Assembly (NCBI RefSeq): GCF_009914755.1 | Contig: NC_060942.1 | DNA length: 64,000 bases | Strand: one strand, 5' to 3' | Source: the human T2T-CHM13v2.0 reference genome, Homo sapiens | Shown here: positions 53,371 to 64,000 of the stretch, in pieces | Layout: each line of letters starts with the position of its first letter | Position numbering within the stretch: the first letter of the stretch is position 1 | Program-made: the position numbers and the translations under genes | The notes under the pieces: generated by a model | The model's input: only the letters and a program-made list of their open reading frames with translations | Databases searched by the model: none | What the model was told of the DNA's origin: nothing

Positions 53371-54214
53371 AGATCAAGTACATTTGTGATTTAGCATTCA
53401 GTTAGCATTTCATAAGGGGGAAAAACAATGTATCACTGTAATATACTTGAATTACTGTGATGTTACAGGAGACTCAGAAATGTTGACCTCTGTTGTCACA
53501 ATAGATACAAATAGACATCTGCTAATTCAGATGTGGATTCCAAAAGATATATTCAAGGAAATAACAGCTTGTTTTCTCCCCTGAAATGTGTAAATTCCCT
53601 TCTATTTCATATTCTTCAAACCTTGCTATTATATTTGATTGTGTTGAATATTTCTATTTATTTTCTTTCCTTTTTTGTTCCAATGGATACATAAATGTTT
53701 TTTGGAAATCTAAACATTGTAACAGAAGTACAAATACATTGTTAATACCTTCTTACTCCTTGTCCCTATATGTATATGACTAAAACTTTAAAAAGTTAAA
53801 GACATTTAAATATTTAAATTCTACAGTTGATACGATTGATTTTAAAGAAAATTTATAATTTGTGGATAAAGTGACCAACAAGTGATGGTTGAAGTAGTGT
53901 GAAATTATGCTGAATCTAGAAGGATGAGTAAGAACCAGTTGTGATGTAGACTCTGAGTATTAGTCTTAGTTTTGTTTTGTTTTGTTTTGTTTTTGTAAAA
54001 TTTGGATCACAGGATCGCTTTTAGTCTTCCAACTCGTATTTTTTCTATGAATATCTTGTCTGGGAGAAAAAAAAAATAAGAGATATTTCTGTGAGTGAAA
54101 CAAAGGAAAAAAAAATCAAAGATGAGGTGGTGGGATTATACTTTCCATTATGGGGAATATCTGGCTAAACTGAGGTGTTCTGTGCAGGCACTGTGTGCTA
54201 TGTGTTTCATATAA

Positions 54215-54723
54215 CATGGTAGTTGACTATACCAATCCATTTTCCCCTTCTTCTTCATTAACAGAATTCTTGTTTTGCTGAGGGTAGCCATGTGCCCAGT
54301 TAAAACACCCCTCTCCTCAGACTCTCTTGAGGCCAGAAGTGGCCAAATATCCTGGTGTGGCTAATAAAATATGAGTGGAAGTTACTAGGTTAGGCTTCCC
54401 AGGAAACGTTTAAAAAGATGGAGTCAGCAGGTATGCACCTTCATCAGTCCCTCTCTGTGATGTTTTGCTCTCCCCTTAATTTGATGAAAGCAGTAAATCA
54501 GGCCTGAGGTGAGACAACCATCTTGGCATCATGAGGACAGAAGTCAACAAGAACGGTCGGGCCAAACCCAGAAGGTACCTGAGGAAGGTAACATCCTGAA
54601 TTATCTTACCAGCCCACACTGCCTATCTCCATATGAGAGAAGGAAAAAAAAAAGCTTGTATGTTTGAAGCTACTGTACTAGGGTTTTCTGTTGGTTGCAA
54701 TTAACCATAATACTAACTAGAAC
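54215..54723 (+). mobile_element. MLT1I/J-like MaLR solo LTR inserted in an antisense MIR
   Basis: ccccttcttcttcattaacagaattc...atgtgcccagttaaaa...gagtggaagttactagg...ccatcttggcatcatgagga...gttttctgttggttgcaatt...ctaactagaaca. Confidence 0.7.
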
Positions 54724-54782
54724 ACATATTTTACATCATTTAATAGTAGCAAAAAGTATGCCTTAAAGAGATTTCAAAGAAC

Positions 54783-55116
54783 TTTTTTTATTATACTTTA
54801 AGTTCTAGGATACATGTGCAGAACATGCAGGTTTGTTACATAGGTATACACATGCCATGGTGGTTTGCTGCACCCATCAACCCGTCATCTACATTTACAT
54901 ATTTCTCCTAACGCAATCCCTCCCCTAGTTCCCCACCCCACGACCGGCCCCGGTGTGTGATGTTCCCCTCCCTGTGTCCATATGTTCTCATTGTTCAACT
55001 CCCACTTGTGAGTGAGAACATGCGGTGTTTGGTTTCCTGTTCCTGTGTTAGTTTGCTAAGAATGATGGTTTCCAGCTTCATCCATGTCTCTGCAAAAGAC
55101 ATGAACTCATCCTTTT
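54783..55116 (-). mobile_element. L1PA (L1PA7-like) 3' end, 5'-truncated
   Basis: ttattatactttaagttctaggatacatgtgcagaacatgcaggtttgttacataggtatacacatgccatggtggtttgctgcacccatcaacccgtcatctaca...gacatgaactcatcctttt. Confidence 0.93.
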
Positions 55117-55539
55117 AAAATTGAAGTTCAGGGATGTTAAGTAGTTAATTAAGATCACATAGCGGGTAAGATGATAGAGTGGACCTTGAACTTCCAAGTA
55201 GAGCTCATTGCCATTCATAGTACAGTAGACAGGTGAAGAGATAAATATGCATGTTTAGAAAACACAGACAAGAAAGTCTCTTCCTTTTTTGCAACGATGC
55301 TTTAGAGCTTCACAGCAACAGAGAAACTGGAGAATAACAGTTTTTCTCTTAATTCCTTTTCTTGCCTGAAAAGACTGGCAGAAAAAAGATTTCCCAGTTC
55401 TTATGGCCAAGAAAACGGGAAGACTTGAACTCATCTGACCTGGAAAACAGATATGAAAAGGCAAATACTCTTCTTCTTCCCTTCCCTTCCTCTTCTCCAG
55501 AAATTGGAGTGGATTGTAAAGACAAGCTGGCCTCAAATA

Positions 55540-55565
55540 GACACACACACACACACACACACACA
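55540..55565. repeat. (AC)n microsatellite
   Basis: Directly visible. Confidence 0.95.
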
Positions 55566-56844
55566 AAGTATACTGGGTGCCTATGCAGAAATGAGTAAGG
55601 TTGAGGTTTGTGACTTTGCTACCAAGTCCTGAGAAAACTGGACTTAAATTTATACATAGAAATTCACCAGCAGTCTTCGACTTACCACTTTAGCAGGTGA
55701 TTCGATACCACAGAATGGGGATAAACAAGATATTACCTGTGTATGTGTGATAAACTTGAGTGCCTACAATTGATGAATTTCATATGTGAGCATCCTTGTG
55801 ATCCCTGGTACACACCCTCTTGTGTATCTATGTATCTAGGGATCTGAATAAACAAATAACTACATTAGCTTTTGGTTGTGCAATCAATCAGTTGAAGACT
55901 TGGGAAAACATCCAGGGACTTTTGAAATCAAGGCTCTTTACTTTCTCCTTTGGTTGCCTCTATGATTCTAATGTTTAATAAGAATTGAAGACTCCCTAAG
56001 GAAATGAACAGGAAGGTATTAACCTTCCTGTTAATGTACACATGTACACATCTGTAACATGTGTCCAGATGATATTTTGCTATGTCCAACCCAGTTTTTT
56101 TTTCTTCCTTTCATTTCCTTTCATTCAAGCAGGTATCATTGACCCGGGGTAGGAATATAGCAGGAGGGAAAGTAGGGAGACTTTCAGGTTTTATTTTGAA
56201 AAGGCTAAGACACTCAAGGGGTTTAACATTTCTGGATGTGGACAAAATATTTTGGCAAGAAGTGAGAGAAGAAAGATTTCCATGACAGTAGGTGCACTCC
56301 TTTGGTCTGTGGGGAGAGTAGAGTGATGGAAACAGAATGGCCTGTGGGTCCTAGAGTGATAGAACAATACATCTTGATTACTGAGCAGAGTCAGAGGAAA
56401 AATCCATAATTCCTGCACAATTCACCAAGGTAGAGAAACTTTGAAAAGGTCCCAGCAGAGAACTGGGACAAGCATTCCAATTGCATTAGAATTGCAATAT
56501 CAGCGTTCTCCACTACAAGTTACACTAACTGGAATGCTGTAGTCTCAGTAGCTACGTCTATGGACTAAAGACAAGGAAACTGATTGGCTTCATTTTCCTT
56601 CCAGGAAATACTATGTATAGTTTCTAAAGATACAGCACAAACTGGGAAACGAGGAAGACTCTACAAAAGATAGAAATTGTTTCTAAACTTCTTGATAGGA
56701 TGGAGATTGAAAATAGAAAATTTAAGTTGACATAGAGAAAAACGGAGTTATAAACTTGAACCATTTGAGATGTAAACCCTGTTTTTATATTCCTCTGGTT
56801 TCAGATGCCTAAGGTAGTCTGAGACAATTTTTAACATTCAGTTA

Positions 56845-58590
56845 TTATTATAGAAGGATATATACACAAGGCTACTGATTGTACCACTATTTGTAAAAGC
56901 CAAAAACTAAAAATGACCCAAATGTTTACCAAGATGTGACTGATTGAATCAACCGTGGCATGTTCACTCAGTAGAATACTGTGCAACATAAAAAAAAATA
57001 TACTACTATGAATTGATCTTCTGAATATATTATTGAATGGAAAAGCAAAGGGAAGAAAAGTATAGTTTGCTAACACTTACCCACTTAACCCACATTCACA
57101 CACACACATACACACACCCGTATACTCATATTTGTTTGTATTTTGAAAAAATTGATAAACCAAAATCACTTCTTAAGAAGGAGGAAAGAGGTTAAAGTGA
57201 ATATGAATAAAATCAGGATTCTCTGAATATGCTTGCTTTTTGTTGGTTCAACTTTCAAAATTATTCAAAAACTTTATGTGACTTAAAAGCACAATTTATT
57301 TATTTTAAAAGTTTAAAAATATAAAGTAAAATAAAATAAACCTATTTTTGTATCCAGTCAGTGCCAAACTGCAGAGAGAAACCAATCAAGGGATTTAAAA
57401 ATTTTGTAATTTGACTATATTTCTAGTGTGATATTTCCTGAGGACATATGAGAACTGGAAAAAAAAATAAAGGCTTTTCAGTAATCATATTTTTGGTGAT
57501 AGTGGTATTTGTTAAATTTTATTGAAGGCTAGCGTCTAGGTATTGTGAGTAAAAACAAATGTGTGTTTGTGCTGATATAGGTAGTTTCCAGAATTTAAAT
57601 ACCATAATAATACTTAATAAAATGCATTGTACACTCCATCAGGATGATAAAGCACCAACTCATATTTTTTTGAAAACGGGTTAAAAAAAAAAAAAGGAAA
57701 CCCTGTATTTAACCTACCTTTCTTTTACAAACTCTATATGAAGGTAATCAAATTCCCGATAAGCATTCTAGAAGTATTCTAGTCAATAAGCAAAGAAAGA
57801 ATGATGGAATTGCAATATCAGCATTCTACAACCTCCCACTGAAAAAAAAATAGATCTAGAGAATGATCATCCACAGCTGCTGGTAGCACAAGGAGGTAAC
57901 TAAACATTGTATAACTCCAGATGGAAATATACAACTGTAACCTCTAAAAATTTCCAGCCAGCCAAAAAAGTCAATCCTGAGTCAGAATAAGCCCCTAAAT
58001 ACTAACAATTTACAGAAAATACAGAGAACAAAAAATACGTTAAATGACACCAAGATATTGCAATCAGTAAGAATTAAATTCTGAGAGACTTCACACGTTA
58101 AATGACCTGGTTTCTGCAATAATAAATTAAAAGGAAAAAAAAATGAAGAGGAGACCTATGGAGTAAAAGAAACTCAAGGAACAAATCCAACAAATAAAAT
58201 TTACAGGCCTTATTTGGATGCTAATTAGTAAAACTGTAAGAAACAAGTAACAAGACTATTGGAAGAAATTTTATACTGGACAGTTGATTAATCCAAGTAA
58301 GAAATTATTGCCATCTTTTTAGGTGGAGTAATGCCATTGAAGTAATGTTTAGAAATGCAGGAGTCCTTATATGGCTGAACTATATATTAAAATATTTATG
58401 ACAAAATGGTGTAATATCATGGGTTGGATTCTAAATAATCTGATGTGGAAGGCCTGAGTAAAAAGTAGTACAGACACAGATTAATTATTTATCCATTGAT
58501 ATTACTGAAGGTAGATGATTGGATTCACCGTTAATTTATTCTTTTCCCCTCTATTTTTTCAGGTTTAATTTTACATAATTTAATGTTGGC
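56845..58590 (+). mobile_element. L1MC4/5-like 3' UTR
   Basis: ctatttgtaaaagccaaaaactaaaaatgacccaaatgt; gaatgatggaattgcaatatcagcattctacaacc; tttacagaaaatacagagaaca; ccttatttggatgcta; gaaattattg...aggtggagtaatg. Confidence 0.75.
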
Positions 58591-59025
58591 AAGTTTAATC
58601 ATTGCCATATTATACATTGCCACTCCTTAATTTGATACTTTTTAAATTTTCTTTACCTACATTCTGGTCTTTTTCTATTCACCCAAACACAAACATATAC
58701 ACACAGGCCAATGCACCAAATACATCACTGATGTAGAAGAGTAGCTGGTAATGAATTTGATACCTTTCAAAGGGAAAATAAATTGTCTGGAAATCATAGT
58801 ATTTACTTAACTCATTTATATTAAGCTGTTACACATTTTTTAAGTATAAGCTCCTAATATTATAGGTTTTATCAACAATAAACAAAACCAAATTGCTAAA
58901 TGCAAACACAATTACAAATTCATGAGCATTAAAATTAATAAATTTAACATAAATGTTTTTGAGGAGGCTGAAACCAGTTATTTCTCAAAACATTAGTGTA
59001 GGGAATACTAACTACAAAAACCTGG

Positions 59026-59210
59026 GTTTTGATTTCCAATTGCTAGGCTGCTACATACTCACAAAATGTGTTCATCTATAAACAAGTAAAACAATGTTTC
59101 ATTTGTTTATTTTATTTAAACAAATAAAAGTTTACAGATGAACACATTTTGTGACTACATAGTATCCTAGGCAATTGGAAATCAAAACATCTGTAAAACT
59201 TTTATTCGTT
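59026..59210. repeat. Long imperfect inverted repeat (58/59-bp arms) plus a third short inverted copy
   Basis: 59026-59083 vs reverse complement of 59130-59188: 6 mismatches and 1 indel. Confidence 0.93.
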
Positions 59211-59957
59211 CAGCACACTGTGAAATAATTTGGCCCTCACTTGGCATAAGAGCATACTTTATGTATCAAATGTGTTTCTGTGTTCTTCTCCTTAGTTTGT
59301 AATTATTAAAGTGTTTTTACCTGGTGCCAACCTGATGATAAGGCTAAATGCAAGTTAAAGCAATGGAATTCTATGTTAATTTTTTTAAGTGAATGCACAA
59401 ATGGCCAAGAATATGCTTACATCTACAGACATCAAAATGAAAACAGAAATTAAGAAATACATTCATATGAATTGTATGAACCCTTAAGGAGCTGCTTTAC
59501 AGAATGCAGAACATACAGATTGCAGATTGAGAATTAGTTGTGTGGGACTTGTAACTAGCAGTACTAACAATACCACCACGGAAGCAGGAAAAGAAAGAGG
59601 GAAAAGAGGTAACACAAGAACACCATTTTTATTTCAAATATGCTGCTTTAATGTAGTCTCCACAAAACATCCAAGTTTGACTTTTCCATAAAAAGTAAAT
59701 GGTAACCATGGGTGAAATTAATGGGGGAATGCATGGATGAATCTCCTAAGGACTTGTAGAACTTTATAAGTAATGAAGGTGACAGGCATACAGCAAAGGG
59801 ATCATATAGACCCATAATCCTGGTATAATTTTTAATAACTATCTCTTTTTATCTCAAAGTGTTCTACTTTTGACAATAAATAATATGATCAACATTTTAA
59901 AATAAACATTCACACACAAATAACAAATCATTTTGGATTCCTGTTTTCAAAGCTATA

Positions 59958-60915
59958 TGTGACGTACACAGAGCTATACAGCTGCGATTCCCCTTGTTGC
60001 TAAATGCCAGGAGTTCTGCCAAAGTCCACCTGCTTGCTGCACAGAAAGCCAATCACTGAGACAAGTACTACCAGCTAAGAAAGGCTTTAATGCAAGTGAC
60101 ATCAGCAGGGAGACGGAGAGATAAGTCTCAAATCCATCTCCCAACTGACTAAAATTAAGTATTTATATAGTAGGGAAGGAAGGAAACTATGTGCAGGAAA
60201 ACAGGGATTAGGAAGGGTAAGAAAGAAGAGTTGGTCAACAGGAAGCAGGTAGTTGGTTAGGCAATCATGATAGGTTAGGCGTCTGGTGTCTCTTTTTTTG
60301 GATGCAATGATCTGGTAATTTTCAGTTCTTTGATACTATCTGGGAGGCCTGATGGTCGGTTTCCTGAGAAAGGAACTCAGATAAGACAAATGTAAGTTTC
60401 TCAAGCTCTAAGACTGGGATGGTTGATTTCAACATTTATTGAAAAACCATAAACATCAGTTCTATGGGAAAACTGATCTGGTTTCCTATAGAAAAGTTGA
60501 CAGCTAGAGTTCCTCATTCTCCCACAGAAAAGCTGACTGCTAGAGTCCATCAGTTAAGCTCTAAGGCATGTCCTTAACTGATGAACTCTGGCTGTCAGAA
60601 CTTTTCAGAGCCCAGCTCATGTTTGGAAAAGCCAATGACTGAGCAAGGTGGTGGTAGCTGAAGCCGTAGTCTCCTCTGAGTGGTCCCTGGGCCATAACCA
60701 CTGGTTATTGGTGATTCAAGTTGGTGGTTCAAGAGCATAGCCATTTTACACAGCCTGGGACTCCTCTGACAGAACTCATTCTCTCTGCCTGAATTTGTCA
60801 GGTGTCCATCATACTCTGACCATTCCCCCTTTCCTAGTTCTCTCCCCCACCTAGGAAACTTTTTTGCACACCTAACTCTGTCTTAGGGGATGTTTCCCAG
60901 ACAACTCAACCCCAC
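59958..60915 (+). mobile_element. LTR16-family ERVL solo LTR, split by a younger LTR
   Basis: gccaatgactgagcaaggtggtggta...gggactcctctgaca...ttttgcacacctaactctgtctt...ttcccagacaactcaacc. Confidence 0.65.
59995..60486 (-). mobile_element. LTR47-like solo LTR nested in LTR16
   Basis: gctgcacagaaagccaatcactgagaca...gtctcaaatccatctccc...tttcctgagaaaggaactcagataagacaaatgtaa...aaaccataaacatcagttctatggga...ggtttc. Confidence 0.7.
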
Positions 60916-61632
60916 AACTTCTAACACTTTCTTTTAAAAGTTACATTCATATATAAGCTGGAAATTTAGCAATATCAAACTATTATAAAGTTTCCCAGTT
61001 TACATCAAAAGCCAAGTTATAAAATGTGGATTTCTTTAATGTTTCAATGGAATACATTCTATGGGCATCTAGCCATAGACCAGCATGAAGGCACACAGTA
61101 AAGGGAGCACATTATCAAAGAGAAAAGGCCAATTAGAACTTGAAAACTCTCTGCTGAGAGAAACCTACCCTTGAAATCCATGTTGCTCCTGGGCAGACAT
61201 GGACATGATCTTTTTCTCTTTTTCCTCTCTGCTTTGCTGCAAGAGAGAAAGGAAGCAAAGTCTTGAGCAGGAATTTATAAGGGTAAATATAACCTTTGGT
61301 TTGATGCACAGTAAGCTGACAGTTAAAGGTGTATCATACTAGATAAATGTCAAAAGCCAAATAAAAGCCTTGATAATAAGCTGTCCAGAGGCTAAAATCC
61401 AGAACCCTTAAGCATGAGAGAAGGATTAGTCTTTTAAAACAATTTTTAACCCTAACTGAAGCTGTCCAAGGTGACTCAGAATGCTGTGATATTCTCAAAC
61501 TCGGGGGTTGGAGGGTGGCAAGTGTGAAGGAAAGAGAGGGAAAATTGGAGTAACTCAAGATAGAAAAGGTACCTAGTTGTACCAAGATTTTTATATTTAT
61601 TTAGTTCTTACTTTAAAAAAATAGTAAAGTGG

Positions 61633-61923
61633 GGCCAGTGACAGTGACTCATGCCTATAATTCCAACATTTTGGGAGGCTGAGACAAGAGGATTTCTTCA
61701 GGCCAGGGGTTCGAGAAATCCTGGCAACATAGCGAGATACTGTTTCTACAAAAAATTTAAAAATTAGCCAGGTGACAAGGAGCACACTTGTGGTCCCAGC
61801 TACCTGGAAGGCTGAGGCAGGAGAATCACTTTACCTAGGGAGTTTGAGGCTGCAGTAAACCATGATGGCATCACTTCACTCCAACCTGAGTGACAGAGCA
61901 AGACCCTGTCTCTATGAAAAAAA
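61633..61923 (+). mobile_element. AluJ (diverged)
   Basis: Full dimer with J-type gagtttgaggctgcagt and gagcaagaccctgtctc. Confidence 0.9.
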
Positions 61924-61943
61924 GCCAGAAACCCAATACGTTT

Positions 61944-62097
61944 TCCTATGGACTGAATTTTGTCCCCCAATACTACAAATGTTGAAATCTTAACACCCAG
62001 TTCCTCAGAATATGACTGTATTTTCTATCTCCAAATAGGGTCTTTAAAATGAGATCATTAGGGTGGGCCCTAACCCGTATGACTGATAATTTTATAG
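61944..62097 (+). mobile_element. MLT1B-like LTR 5' fragment, followed by an L1ME fragment (~62110-62320)
   Basis: ctatggactgaattttgtccccc...atgttgaaatcttaacacccagttcctcagaatatgactgtattt...gggtgggccctaacc. Confidence 0.75.
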
Positions 62098-64000
62098 AAC
62101 TACAGAATTTTAGGCTGCAATAAGCATTGTTCATCAGTGAATTGCTTATTGTAGCAAAAACTATTAAAAACTGTTGATAAAATGTAAACATCTATCAATA
62201 TAGAAATAGTTAAATAAATTACGGTAGATCCTTGTAACAACATAATAAATGACAAAGCATATCTACATTCATAGGCTACATATATTCTATTTATAGTGTC
62301 ACATTAAGTAAGATTTAAAAAACCCATATAGGTCTATATTGCTAGTTCCAAGTTTGTTCTGTTGAATCTCCTTTTTATGTTGTTTAATAGGCACCTTAAT
62401 AGGTTCTAGAGTGGATTCCAAAACTCCCTGACCTATTTTTATTATAAAAATCTCAATCTAGAGCACATTAAAAACTCCAATCTCATGTCAGATTCAACGA
62501 ATCCGTCTTCTCTTTCAATGGCCAGACTTAAGGCTCTAGTGACCTGCAGTGGGGAAAGAATAGTGTTGGTTTCATTACTCCTCCCTTCCTCCCTCACTCT
62601 GAAGTCAAGAGTGGACAGGGATCTGCTCTGGGAATCCTCCTCCTTTACTCTAGTTCTCTAGCTCCTGCAGTGTTTAGACACGGGTCCAGGGAGGTCTCTA
62701 CAGGGGATTGTCTGGAGGCAGAAAGTCCAGTGGAGAATATTTATTTATAGCAAGAATAAGCCATTTGTTACATTGGTGAAACTGAGGCAGAGGAGGGTGG
62801 AGTAGCATTCATGTGTTTATGCCACAAGCAAAAATGGCACTCTGTTCTCTCTTCCACCCTCTGGTTTGTTCCCCTGATCACCTTTCCCAGCACCTGACTT
62901 TGAAGATGCTTGAATGGCCTTAATGCTCATGATTAAAATTTATAAAGAAAAATTCAACTGTGGATATAAATATTTCCCACATATCAGCAACGGGTAATTT
63001 TCTCCAAATGCTTATTTTGATTTCTGCTGGGTACAGTCCTCAGCTTATTCTCTTCATTTTTAGAATTAAATCTCTAAAGTAAAAACATTTTCTCTACTTG
63101 CAAATGCTAGTAATGGGCTGCCAGTCAGTCTAAAAAAAAAATCTACTTAGATTTCAGGGTCACAGAATCTTGCAAGAAGAAAGGCTCTGTGGGTTTTGTT
63201 CATCCCAAAGAAGAAAGAAAACGTGTGTTTAGTTTGCTCAGGGGGTCTTTGGATTACTAATCTACCATGCTGTGCATTTGAGTAGGTGGAGTTTGAGAGG
63301 GTAGGGACTCATTGAGAGCTGACTAGAGTTTAAGGCTCAACTCCTGCTGAATTATTCTTCGCGTAGTGAGTTGTTTTCATCCTATTGGGTTTGCTAGTGT
63401 CAGACTATGCAGCCTGTTATTCAGACCAAACATCAACCAAATTATTGTCTTGCCTCCTGAAGTCACTCGCAGACATAACTTTGTGGGTAACTCTGCTGCT
63501 AAGATTATTGAATTATTAAAGGCAGTGTCTCGTGGATTTCAACTTGTCCCAGAAGTGATGTGCTCACAGAGATATCCTAACATAGGAAAGGCTTGCCCTA
63601 CAATCCTATGACATATCCTAACGCCTCTCAAGGACTTAGAAGAAAATGAAAGAAAACACGGGTTAGGATGCATTGACCCACTCCCATGTGGCTTTGCTGG
63701 GCTTATAGAATGAATGTAAAAGAAAGGACTTTCAGAAATCAGAGTTTCTTCTGCATCTATGAAAGGGCCCTATGGTCAAGAATAATGAAAATTTATAATA
63801 GAGCTGAAAACCTGGGCAACTGCTCCAGAGAATTACATAGATCCCTTATAAATCTGGAGACCTGAAATAATCAAAGGTTTCCTTTTGCACCAGGAACACT
63901 CCTTCCATTGTTTTCTTTCCTCACTACCATCATCAGTAAGTTTGGGAAGCTCCCACTCTTCTGGTGAGTATTCTGGTCAGCCATCATTTTCTCTATTTTT

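Overview
AT-rich, CpG-poor primate genomic DNA, most likely human or great ape, since it carries AluY/S/J, FLAM, L1PA, THE1 and MST elements. It looks intergenic or deep intronic. A large fraction is recognisable interspersed repeat: Alus, a ~6 kb degraded L1M, L2/MIR relics, many ERVL/MaLR solo LTRs, and hAT/Tigger DNA transposons, several of them nested. Family names are recalled from consensus sequences, not from a search. I find no recognisable protein-coding gene, rRNA, tRNA or CRISPR array, and almost all ORFs in the track are repeat-derived or chance. I cannot support a new biological system. The most distinctive signal is a set of local copy/template-switch scars. Three short segments (24-57 bp) were copied from donors 1.3-2.3 kb away, two of them flanked by short direct repeats. 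There is also an ~190 bp fold-back inversion with a third inverted copy, an Alu with an inverted 5' end, and a near-abutting tail-to-tail Alu pair sharing a triplicated target site. Two unique CpG-retaining islands are candidates for function. One is 13.8-14.45 kb, with a PBX/MEIS-like site and a CCAAT-CRE-ETS-TATA-like cluster. The other is 20.1-21.1 kb, with candidate spliced exons and small ORFs.
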